The notes under the pieces are model-generated. The model saw only the letters and a program-made list of their open reading frames with translations. It had not been told where the DNA came from and made no database searches. DNA of 32,000 nucleotides, taken from assembly GCF_000092465.1 (NCBI RefSeq), contig NC_014205.1, forward strand, positions 1,110,001 to 1,142,000, written 5' to 3'. Positions 9,633-17,825 of the stretch are shown here, one piece after another. The translations under genes were made by a program, and so were the position numbers. The first letter of the stretch is position 1. Each line of letters starts with the position of its first letter. This DNA comes from Staphylothermus hellenicus DSM 12710. GTDB taxonomy: Archaea; Thermoproteota; Thermoprotei_A; Sulfolobales; Desulfurococcaceae.

Positions 9633-10521
9633 ATTCTCCCCTAACATATAGGTAGGCTTTTTCTACGTCAACTCTAACCTTATAATGTTTATTGAAAAAC
9701 CTAACTATATATTCTACATCTCTCCTCAAAAGATGATCAGCCATAGGATCATCTCTGTAAACATATTGTGGCCAATCAATAATGTAGGGTTTATCCTTTT
9801 CAATATCAACTATAACATTATACTCACTTAAATCTCCATGAATAATGCCAACCTCCAAATATGCTTTCCTAAGAGTATTTAATATTCTATCAAGAGCACT
9901 TTCTGGATTATTTAATTGAGGTCTCCTGTATAGTTCGACGCCGCTAATGAACTCTGTAACAACAACGTGTCTATTAAATGCTAAAGGTCTAGGAACGTCT
10001 GCACCAACAAGAAATAATTCATGTGTCGCCTTAAATTCTCTTTCAGCGGCAGTTTTAGCTTGTTTAAACCAATCTAGCCTGGGATCAAATCCCCATGATC
10101 TAACGATTCTTGTCCTCCTAAAACTAGTTCTACCTATACGCATGAATTTTACAGCTACAAGAATATTGCCGGGAGCAATAGCTTTAAAGATCTCGCTCTC
10201 CTTCCCTACACCTATGCGGTCCCCTAATGCCTCGATAATATTTTTCTTAACTAAACTATTCAATGCTAACATGTCGAGCCCCAAATAGGTTAGACGAAAA
10301 GATTTGTACCCCGAAATAGACTTTCTCTTAACAAGGCTCAACCTATGAAGCTTAGACAAGGAAAGAACAATGTGTTGTTCAGGGAGTCTAGTATACTTCT
10401 CAATAATCTCCAAAGGAACATACTCATATTTAGAATGACCTCTCTCAATAGCTTCCAATACTTTAAAGTCTCTAGCAGTTAACTGTTTATATATAATCCC
10501 GATCTTTACCAATCCAAACAT
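9619..10521 (-). CDS. rio2: RIO-type serine/threonine protein kinase Rio2
   Basis: N-terminal winged-helix region (FKVLEAIERG...) followed by a RIO kinase core (GVGKESEIF..., IIHGDLSEYNVIV, IIDWPQ). Confidence 0.85.
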   Translation of the reverse strand: MFGLVKIGIIYKQLTARDFKVLEAIERGHSKYEYVPLEIIEKYTRLPEQHIVLSLSKLHRLSLVKRKSISGYKSFRLTYLGLDMLALNSLVKKNIIEALGDRIGVGKESEIFKAIAPGNILVAVKFMRIGRTSFRRTRIVRSWGFDPRLDWFKQAKTAAEREFKATHELFLVGADVPRPLAFNRHVVVTEFISGVELYRRPQLNNPESALDRILNTLRKAYLEVGIIHGDLSEYNVIVDIEKDKPYIIDWPQYVYRDDPMADHLLRRDVEYIVRFFNKHYKVRVDVEKAYLYVRGEYEHY

Positions 10522-10664
10522 TCACCATTACTTATAAACTAAAATACCATCCTATAAAACTAGGGGGCTAGAAATCCCAGTATATAAACATTTCTATAAT
10601 GGCCACAACTTATTTCATGAAACACATTTCAATAAACAATTTAATTTGTCAAAATAATATCTAG

Positions 10665-11018
10665 GTGAAGTTATTGTCCAAACAAATATTTACAAGTAAA
10701 GGTTCAGATAATATTAGATCGCTTAAATATATGATTAAAAATAATATTCTCATAATTAATGATCTAGATGGTTTAATGAAACTAGGAGATATATTATCGT
10801 CAAAAACTAGGCTACTTATCCTGTATAGCTTATCTAGGAATAATGGCTTAAGCATAAAGGAACTATCCAAAATTACTGGTTTACCCATATCTGTTATAAG
10901 TAAACATGTGAAAAAACTCGAAGAAGCAGGATTAGTTATATCAGGTTTAAAAAATGGCAATAGAGGATTGCGAAAGATCGTGATAAGACGGATCTCAAAG
11001 ATAATGGTGAATCTGTAA
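10665..11018 (+). CDS. ArsR-family HTH transcriptional regulator
   Basis: LGDILSSKTRLLILYSL...LSIKELSKITGLPISVISKHVKKLEEAGLV. GTG start lies about 23 nt downstream of an AT-rich TATA-like element (10636-10648). Confidence 0.7.
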   Translation: MKLLSKQIFTSKGSDNIRSLKYMIKNNILIINDLDGLMKLGDILSSKTRLLILYSLSRNNGLSIKELSKITGLPISVISKHVKKLEEAGLVISGLKNGNRGLRKIVIRRISKIMVNL

Positions 11019-11161
11019 TACTCTATTAATAATTAATTATTAACAAAAATCATCCTATAGTATTTACTTGTCCCTCCTTTATAAATAATCAGAAACGACT
11101 ATCTCCTATACAGGAGAGAATATTTAAGATTCAGATACGACGACAGTGTGGTGGTTAAGAA

Positions 11162-11425
11162 TTGATCGATCAAATATCATTAGCAATGATTGCCATATAT
11201 CTTACCTTGATCACAATACCATTGATATATAATAACAAATACATCAAGGAAAACAATGGAATGCCGAGAAACAAAAATAATAACCTTACTTATAGTCACG
11301 AAATAAAACCACTCACTAAAAGTGTAATAATTCTACTGAATAATCTGAACGAAAAACAGCTTGATACAATATTAAAAATCACCAAATCCACGCCAGCAAA
11401 GATAAATGATGAGAGGACAACCTAG
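11162..11425 (+). CDS. Hypothetical small protein with one N-terminal TM helix
   Basis: 87-aa ORF with a TTG start and no recognisable family. Lies between the ArsR gene and the membrane transporter-like gene. Confidence 0.3.
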   Translation: MIDQISLAMIAIYLTLITIPLIYNNKYIKENNGMPRNKNNNLTYSHEIKPLTKSVIILLNNLNEKQLDTILKITKSTPAKINDERTT

Positions 11426-11458
11426 TACTAACCAAGAATTATTGTGTGGTGAAACTTT

Positions 11459-12616
11459 TTGTCTAAGAATATGTGGGGGCCGGGACTAATAGCTGCCATA
11501 TCAGGTATTGAATTAACAAATATTGTTTTATACATGTTTTTCGGAGCAGTATATGGTTTCTATAGTATTATATTTATTTCAGTAATGTTCTTAGCCACGA
11601 TCTATATACAGCAAACAATAACTCTTCTATATGTAAGTTTAGGGAAAAGGTTAAGTTCCCTAATAAGATCCTTGTCAAAAGATCTCTTCAGCTTATATAG
11701 AATATTAATCTATATTTCCTCTAACCTGATCCTTCTAGTAAATATCCTTGTACTAACATATATCTATTATTTGATGTTTGGAGGATCATGGATTCCCTAC
11801 ATAATAGTTTTTATAACAATAATGTTCTCCCTAGCAAATACATATAGGTTTAAATCAGTAGAGAAGGTTCTAGGTATTTTATCTATACTGCTTCTCACAT
11901 ATTTGGCAGCATTAGTTTACTTAGTCATAAATAATGAGGCATCAACCATTATTAATCTAAGCAGTATAGGGGCAAGATACTCTCATTATGCTTTAATAGC
12001 TGCTCTCTGGGGCTCAATAGCATCTCCCTATTCATTAATGATTCAAGAAGATGCTAGGTCAACAAATGATTTACTGCCGGCATATATTTTTGGAGTACTT
12101 ATAGGTACTTCAATAGCTTATTATTCTTACTTATCTGGAATAAACCCGTCCGATATAAGAATGCTTATTTATCTACCACTCGATCCAGCGTTATCTTCAA
12201 AAATACTATTAGTAGGTATTACAGCAACCGTTATTCTAGCTTCGATTAGCATATTATTAACAAGCTCAGCAATAACTATGAATACTGGTAAAGTTCTTGT
12301 ATCAAGGTATAAATTTGGCTTATCGTTTACACTAATATTCATTGCATCCATTGTATTATTGGCTCCTTTTCTCAGAACTCTTCCAGAAATAGAGAAGATA
12401 CTAGTTGATATAACTATCTATGCATCGGATATTGTAGGTTTACTTTTCTCTCTAAGCATTCTCATATTATCATTTGTATTTTACTACTTATATAGATCAT
12501 CCGGTGACAAGCTATATAAACTAAATATGCTGGTCTTGTCAGCTATTGCAATTATTTCTTTAATTATTTCGTTTAAAGCATTAATTGATGAGATTATTGC
12601 ATTATTTCCCTTATAG
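11459..12616 (+). CDS. Polytopic membrane protein, distant Nramp-like fold with substituted metal-site motifs
   Basis: 385 aa, about 10-11 hydrophobic helices. GPGLIAAISGIELTN aligns by eye to Nramp TM1 GPGFLxAxxxxDPGN, and GSIASPYSLMIQ to TM6 GATVMPHNLYLH. TTG start; alternative ATG at 11471. Confidence 0.55.
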   Translation: MSKNMWGPGLIAAISGIELTNIVLYMFFGAVYGFYSIIFISVMFLATIYIQQTITLLYVSLGKRLSSLIRSLSKDLFSLYRILIYISSNLILLVNILVLTYIYYLMFGGSWIPYIIVFITIMFSLANTYRFKSVEKVLGILSILLLTYLAALVYLVINNEASTIINLSSIGARYSHYALIAALWGSIASPYSLMIQEDARSTNDLLPAYIFGVLIGTSIAYYSYLSGINPSDIRMLIYLPLDPALSSKILLVGITATVILASISILLTSSAITMNTGKVLVSRYKFGLSFTLIFIASIVLLAPFLRTLPEIEKILVDITIYASDIVGLLFSLSILILSFVFYYLYRSSGDKLYKLNMLVLSAIAIISLIISFKALIDEIIALFPL

Positions 12617-13751
12617 CATTCACAAAATCGTCTATATGAGACTTTTCCACATGAGGCATTATAACGATTCTTAGTGCTTCTAGACTTGGCGACTTATATA
12701 AAAAGTACCCCTTATTTAGTATCTCCCGTAATAGTTCAATATAATTTATATACTTATGCTTGAATACAACAATCGGCAAAATAGGCTTGAATACTTTTAG
12801 TTCTTCTAGCTCGGCTAATTTATGATACGCATACGTTGCTATATTGTATGTTTTTAATGCGATTTTCTCATATAGATCTAAACCATAATGTTTTAAGAGA
12901 ACCCATATAGAGGCAACCGATCCTCCGGGTCTAGTTCCAAGCAATCCACAATACTTACCATATAATGTATATTCTGCATTGTAACAGATTTTCTCCATGC
13001 ATCTCTTATTATTAAACAATAAAATTCCTGATGGAATAGGTGTTAAGCCGTTTTTATGGAAATCAACTGATATGCTTGATACACCGTCATAGAATCTAAG
13101 ATCTTCTCTTATAATTCCATGCCTATGTAGAAACGGTATAAGTAAGCCCCCATATGCTGCATCGACATGTAGGTAGACATTGTATTCATTGGCTAATTCA
13201 CTAGCATCTTTAACTGGATCAATTAATCCTCTTTCCGTTGTTCCCGCAGTAATCACTATTGCAAATGGATTATATTTACGAATATATTCTTCCAGTGTAG
13301 AAGCATCTACAGGGTTTCCATTAGTAGGTATTTTAACAAGTTTACAGCCTATTATATCACATGCTTTATCAACAGATACATGTACAGTATCTGGTGCTAT
13401 GACCGTGTTTGATTTGTTGCTAAAGACTTTCTTAGCCGCTAGAATAGCTACTATATTAGATTCTGTTCCGCCACTAGTTAATATTCCAGATTCTCCTCCA
13501 CGATATAGTTTTGCGAGTTCATATATTATTTCATTCATCATGTTTTCGATCTCTTTAAAAATAACAGGATCAGATGCATTTGTATGTATAAACATTAAAT
13601 ACGCATAAACCGCTAGAGGATGAGGAGTAGTAGTCATTGATCCCAGTATTTTTCCATCCTTGTGATGCGGAGTATTATTGTATTTCTTCAACAGCTCTAG
13701 AATAGCTTCCCAAAATTTTTTATCCAACAATGCTTCACCGAGGCAAAACAT
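12594..13751 (-). CDS. mfnA: PLP-dependent L-tyrosine/L-aspartate decarboxylase (MfnA family)
   Basis: Group II decarboxylase features: TSGGTESN, HVDAAYGG, and SVDFHKNG containing the PLP lysine. 385 aa. Confidence 0.8.
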   Translation of the reverse strand: MFCLGEALLDKKFWEAILELLKKYNNTPHHKDGKILGSMTTTPHPLAVYAYLMFIHTNASDPVIFKEIENMMNEIIYELAKLYRGGESGILTSGGTESNIVAILAAKKVFSNKSNTVIAPDTVHVSVDKACDIIGCKLVKIPTNGNPVDASTLEEYIRKYNPFAIVITAGTTERGLIDPVKDASELANEYNVYLHVDAAYGGLLIPFLHRHGIIREDLRFYDGVSSISVDFHKNGLTPIPSGILLFNNKRCMEKICYNAEYTLYGKYCGLLGTRPGGSVASIWVLLKHYGLDLYEKIALKTYNIATYAYHKLAELEELKVFKPILPIVVFKHKYINYIELLREILNKGYFLYKSPSLEALRIVIMPHVEKSHIDDFVNAIREIMQ

Positions 13752-13807
13752 ATTTTATATAGAGTTTTGTAAGTGAAGAGCTTATATTAAAAAGTTTTAT
13801 AACTAAT

Positions 13808-15163
13808 TTATTTCATGAATTTCTCTTCGAACTCTTTAAGGTACTTTACACTTCTACTTGTATCTATGAATATTTCTGCAGCTCTACGAACATCTTCAAT
13901 AGATACTTGTTCTCTTCCATTAATTGATGCTATTATTCGAGCTGGCTCCATTAATTGAACAGCATATCTTAGGCTGGTTTCAGCCCCGATCCTTACAAGT
14001 TCTCCGAGTGCTTCGTCTGATAGTTTTATATTTTCTTCTTCAGCCCTGATCTTTATGATTTCCCTTATCTCTTCGGGTTTATATGGTTTTGTAGGAATAA
14101 TTAATAACCTATCAAGGAGATCAAGTGGGATGCCATGTGGTGATTCAATATCAGTACCTCTTATCTTGGCGATTCCTCTATTAGTCGCCAATATAATTAT
14201 TGGCGATAAGTCGCTCTCCATGGCTCTAGATAGAAAACTATATGCTTCTATATCGAGCATATGTGCATCATCTATGAATAACACGCCAGGAATCATTTCT
14301 GCTTTCTTTTCATCAATCCATTTCTTAACCATATCATCAACTTCTTTCCTAACTTCTGGAGGTATTTCTCTTTCCACACCAATTGTGAAGAAACTTATTA
14401 ATGCTCGTTGACTAGCAACATATACATCTAAATCGTGCAGTGTAAATGTTCTAACTATTTCCTTCTCTTTCTTAACAGGCCCCCTAGGCATTTCTACAAT
14501 TTTATGTGTTTCTATATCATAAATTCTAGCTTTCTCAACACCCCTAACCTTACCTACTCTATAAACTCGACCTGTTTCAGCATCAATCCATATTAGATCT
14601 CCGCGTCGAATCCCTAGTTCGAGTAGTTGATGCGTAATCTCCTCTCCCACAGTCAGCGTTAATTCTTCGTCTTTTGTTGCTAGGGTTATTCTCGCCTCCT
14701 TTGGAACAGTCATGTATGGAACCATGGGGTGTCTAGCTCTACGTATCTTTAGTTCTTGTACAACACCTTCATATACTAGTCTTTTCTCTCTTAGTCTAAC
14801 GCCTAGTGCTCTTCTCATTGCCTCCATTAATATTTCTGTTTTCTTTTTCTCACTACTATATATTTCTGATCCGCTCATTGCTACGAAGGGCGTATCTTCT
14901 CCAAGCTCTCTTGCAATAGCTATAGCTATAGCTGTCTTTCCCGTTCCCGGTGGTCCAACCAATAAGATTCCTCTACCCGCTATTCTACCTTCTCTAATCA
15001 TATTAACAACTATGCCAGCTGCTTCTCTGGCTTCTAACTGGCCAACAAGACCGTCTGCTACAGGTAAAGCTTTACCTTTCTCATCCAGGCCCAGACCACG
15101 TATATGGCTATGAGCACCTATTCTTTTAGGTCTTGGTTTCTCAATTTTTATCTCAACACCCAT
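13808..15163 (-). CDS. TIP49 / RuvB-like AAA+ ATPase
   Basis: RIGAHSHIRGLGLD N-terminus, Walker A GPPGTGKTA, Walker B VLFIDDAH. Start moved to ATG 15163, preceded by GAGGTGGTG; the track uses GTG 15172. Confidence 0.85.
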   Translation of the reverse strand: MGVEIKIEKPRPKRIGAHSHIRGLGLDEKGKALPVADGLVGQLEAREAAGIVVNMIREGRIAGRGILLVGPPGTGKTAIAIAIARELGEDTPFVAMSGSEIYSSEKKKTEILMEAMRRALGVRLREKRLVYEGVVQELKIRRARHPMVPYMTVPKEARITLATKDEELTLTVGEEITHQLLELGIRRGDLIWIDAETGRVYRVGKVRGVEKARIYDIETHKIVEMPRGPVKKEKEIVRTFTLHDLDVYVASQRALISFFTIGVEREIPPEVRKEVDDMVKKWIDEKKAEMIPGVLFIDDAHMLDIEAYSFLSRAMESDLSPIIILATNRGIAKIRGTDIESPHGIPLDLLDRLLIIPTKPYKPEEIREIIKIRAEEENIKLSDEALGELVRIGAETSLRYAVQLMEPARIIASINGREQVSIEDVRRAAEIFIDTSRSVKYLKEFEEKFMK

Positions 15164-15282
15164 CAACACCACCTCTATATTATCGATTAAAACATGGGAA
15201 CATCCTCATCTATACTTATCTAATAAGGATACAAATTATTCTTTGAACCCCTATATGACTATTATATCATAGTTGAGATTTT

Positions 15283-15360
15283 TAATCAGTCGCCGCTGAA
15301 GTCATCATGGGCCCCAGCCCCTAAGGCCTCGGAGGTACAACCTAGTCATCACTTACCCTA
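15283..15360 (-). ncRNA. C/D-box sRNA (2'-O-methylation guide) candidate
   Basis: Minus strand: GUGAUGA (C, 15352-15346) - CUAGGUUGUACCU - CCGA (D') - GGCCUUAGGGGCUGGGGCCC - AUGAUGA (C') - CUUCAGCGGCGA (12 nt) - CUGA (D, 15289-15286). TATATATTT box (15390-15382) is centred about 34 nt upstream of the C box. Confidence 0.6.
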
Positions 15361-15455
15361 TTGGTTAAAGTGTGTAGAGGTAAATATATAGCTTGATTTA
15401 TAAATGCTATATAAAGTGATTTATCCTAATTAATGTCTTGCCAGGGTGTAATTGA

Positions 15456-16364
15456 TTGGAAATAAATAATAATAAGCTTCACCAAATGCTTAAGAAAAGA
15501 TTGCTTGAAGTATTAAAGATACTGCAAGACAAGTCACGTGAACAACCAATGTTCAACCAACTGGTTCAAAAACTTAAAAATGAATATGAAGAACTAAGCA
15601 AAGTAAGTCCTACACCTATAATTTCAAAGTATCAAGTCGATTTATTCATGCATATAATAAAGTATTTAGAAGAGCTTGTCAAGCTTGTTAATAATAAGGA
15701 AATATCTACTGAGGAAATCAATGTTGTTATCAGAGATCTTGATAGATCAATTAAGGATTATATCTCCGTATTGAAAAAGGACATGCTTCGCTCAAAAATA
15801 ATGTTTCATTCACCAATATATCTGGCATTCATAATTTACTTGATAAATCTTATAATTACAAGTAATACACAGGGCCAACTCATCATTAACACGATCATTA
15901 CACTTATTGGAGGTATAGCACTAGTATTATCAATGATCAGGCTGGACTACGCATATGTGGCGATATTAGCTTCTGCAATAATAGGTTTGTTCTCGCTATC
16001 ATACTTTATAAATAAATTAACCTCTCAGAACCTATATATTGCAATGATCTATATTTTAATAATAATTTCGGCAACAACATATTTCCAATTATTAAAAACA
16101 ACAAGATCAAAAACCTATCAAGATAGAATCCAAACAATAATTTCAAATATTATGGATCTAACAAAGAAACTCTCTGAAAACAAGAGTCAAACAATAACTG
16201 AGAAGACAAGCGAGCTAATGGATAAGCTACTAGAAAAATATAGAGAAATTTATGGAGTAGATGGAGAGGCTCTTCTAAAATATAAACTGAATGTGTTGAT
16301 CATGCATGGATACAGCAGGGAAGAAGCGATTAAGAAATTATTTAATGAACTTTCAGAAAAATAA
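15456..16364 (+). CDS. Membrane protein with helical N- and C-terminal soluble regions and about 4 central TM helices, unknown function
   Basis: 302-aa ORF with a TTG start (alternative ATG 15486). Hydrophobic core about aa 115-215, flanked by charged helical segments. Confidence 0.5.
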   Translation: MEINNNKLHQMLKKRLLEVLKILQDKSREQPMFNQLVQKLKNEYEELSKVSPTPIISKYQVDLFMHIIKYLEELVKLVNNKEISTEEINVVIRDLDRSIKDYISVLKKDMLRSKIMFHSPIYLAFIIYLINLIITSNTQGQLIINTIITLIGGIALVLSMIRLDYAYVAILASAIIGLFSLSYFINKLTSQNLYIAMIYILIIISATTYFQLLKTTRSKTYQDRIQTIISNIMDLTKKLSENKSQTITEKTSELMDKLLEKYREIYGVDGEALLKYKLNVLIMHGYSREEAIKKLFNELSEK

Positions 16365-16462
16365 TCATAATATAAAACAATAAATAGATTTCAAACAAAA
16401 TATTAAATAGACCAGCCTAATCTACCTAGAACAATAGATGTTTATATATTGAGGTGAGATAA

Positions 16463-16933
16463 ATGTCAAAACCCAGTACTGGTAGATCAAAAGAGCTCAA
16501 AATAATAACACGACATGTTATAACTATTAAAGATATAGAAAAAGATCATAGAAAAATCAAGCTGTTATATATAATTTCACAGCTTGGAAGTATTAGTGAA
16601 AAAGCACTACAATACTTATTATATTATATGAAGGAGAAAGGATATGATCTAGGCTATAATTATGTAATGCTTGGACAATTTCCATCAAGCAAGGAAATAC
16701 TCAATGACACGCTTGCATTAAGATATGTAGGATTATTAGAGACGAACCCAAGAAAGAAATTAGAAGCAACAAGCCTTGGAAAAGAATTCCTAGAAAAACA
16801 CAGCAGTATCATCAGTGACGAAGAAAAAGAAGAAATACGAAAACTAATCGAAGAACTAAGAGTAAAAATAGCACCAATAGATGCCGAAGTAGAAATGAGA
16901 ACAAGACCTAGGAGAAGAAGACGACTATTCTAA
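16463..16933 (+). CDS. Hypothetical protein, possible winged-helix/YwgA-like fold with an Arg-rich C-terminus
   Basis: GAGGTGAG SD upstream of the ATG. KIKLLYIISQLG...YVMLGQFPSSKEILNDTLALRYVGLLE resembles the KLxKLxY...GPYS.eL..dL..L...G pattern. C-terminal RPRRRRRLF. Confidence 0.5.
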   Translation: MSKPSTGRSKELKIITRHVITIKDIEKDHRKIKLLYIISQLGSISEKALQYLLYYMKEKGYDLGYNYVMLGQFPSSKEILNDTLALRYVGLLETNPRKKLEATSLGKEFLEKHSSIISDEEKEEIRKLIEELRVKIAPIDAEVEMRTRPRRRRRLF

Positions 16934-16981
16934 GATTTAAAAACCCTGTTATTTAAAAGATTTAAATGGGGGGCAGAAAAA

Positions 16982-16989
16982 TTTAAGTA
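16982..16989 (+). promoter_or_regulatory. Candidate TATA box (with purine-rich BRE-like GCAGAAAAA upstream) for the plus-strand GC-rich RNA
   Basis: TTTAAGTA preceded by AGAAAAA. The GC-rich island begins about 25-35 nt downstream. Confidence 0.4.
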
Positions 16990-17013
16990 TTTCAGATCAT
17001 ATCTTCTTGTATT

Positions 17014-17300
17014 GGTTTACGTCCCTAGGGGTTGATGGGAGCAATGCTCCAAGACCCCCAGGGCTGATCGTAGATGGGAGGCCCATGCCGTTGGCCTCGA
17101 CAGCCACCCATGACACCACAACCCTAAAAAGAGGATTGTGGGAGAGGTGGAAGTCCCTACCGTGGACACAAATAAACACAGAAATACACAGAATGACACG
17201 GTAGGGACAAACGGTCAGGGACCCGGGTAACAGGGCCGAGTGGCCCTTGGATGAGCCCGTGGACGAGTTGCACGGCCACAGTATCTTTACATATTCTTTA
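17014..17300 (+). ncRNA. Unassigned ~280-nt GC-rich highly structured RNA (strand tentatively plus)
   Basis: 150/260 = 58% GC over 17021-17280 by hand count. At least six helices: 17023-17063, 17074-17111, 17116-17141, 17153-17208, 17231-17249, 17257-17275. TATA upstream on plus, T-rich tract downstream (17284-17325). ORFs called here on both strands are not protein-like. Confidence 0.55.
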
Positions 17301-17350
17301 CAAGTTTTCTTCATGCCTATTTTGCTTAATTATAAATTATAACATGTTCT

Positions 17351-17752
17351 CTACATAGATGGGGTGATTTGGAACCGTCTTGTTTCTTTTTCTCGTTTAC
17401 CAATTGTTAATATAGGGTTTAATTTGCCTTCTTTTGCGAGTTTCTTTATGTATTCGTTAAATTTAGAAGTATGCTCTATATCTAGATCTAGTAATTGATA
17501 AAATATTGTTCTCAGCTTAGCCCAGAGATCTACTAGCATCTCTCTCGGCATATGACTTATAACCATGGGTTCTTTTAACCATTGATCAAAGGCTTCAATA
17601 GTTCTTAGCATATGTTGAAATGCTTGCCTCGATAACAATATAAGCTCTAAACGATCTAGTTTCTCATAGTTCTCTTCTGCCTTCATAAAGCTTTCCTTGA
17701 TCTCCTCTTGTCTTTTAACCCATGCTTCTAAGTTTGGAAAATATCCATCCAT
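17351..17752 (-). CDS. Conserved-looking hypothetical helical protein
   Basis: 133-aa all-helical ORF with no motif I can name. Confidence 0.5.
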   Translation of the reverse strand: MDGYFPNLEAWVKRQEEIKESFMKAEENYEKLDRLELILLSRQAFQHMLRTIEAFDQWLKEPMVISHMPREMLVDLWAKLRTIFYQLLDLDIEHTSKFNEYIKKLAKEGKLNPILTIGKREKETRRFQITPSM

Positions 17753-17825
17753 AACTAGTCAACCACCTTTTGTTAAACCTTGGTTTTCATTAAGTTTAAA
17801 TACTGCTAAATACTTTTTGTATGGT

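Noticed and set aside
17062-17104. GGGCUGAU ... GAUGGGAGGCC ... GGCCUCGAC recalls pieces of the fluoride (crcB) riboswitch, GAUGAGGCC / CUGAUGGCCUCUAC.
   Set aside because: The order and spacing of the elements do not match the compact ~52-nt motif. The central AAAC-hairpin is missing and no fluoride-related gene lies downstream. Treated as coincidence.
17141-17160. GAGGUGGAAGUCCC on the plus strand resembles the RNase P CR-I/P4 motif GAGGAAAGUCC, and ACAGAAA/ACAGAAU and GGGUAAC occur nearby. This suggested RNase P RNA.
   Set aside because: GUCCCUACCGUG simply pairs with CACGGUAGGGAC 32 nt downstream in a local hairpin. No GG(N)CUU 3' P4 strand or CR-V-like ACAGAAnnnGGCUUA exists downstream. 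Only about 140 nt follow the motif, too few for a type A S-domain. The call is left as unassigned.
17225-17250. On the minus strand, GGGCC-ACUC-GGCCC followed by UGUUAC resembles the SRP Alu-domain helix 3 plus the UGUAAC U-turn.
   Set aside because: Neither strand has an SRP S-domain signature (helix 8 GGAA tetraloop with AGCA loop, GNAR helix 6). The 5' and 3' halves do not pair into a helix 5.
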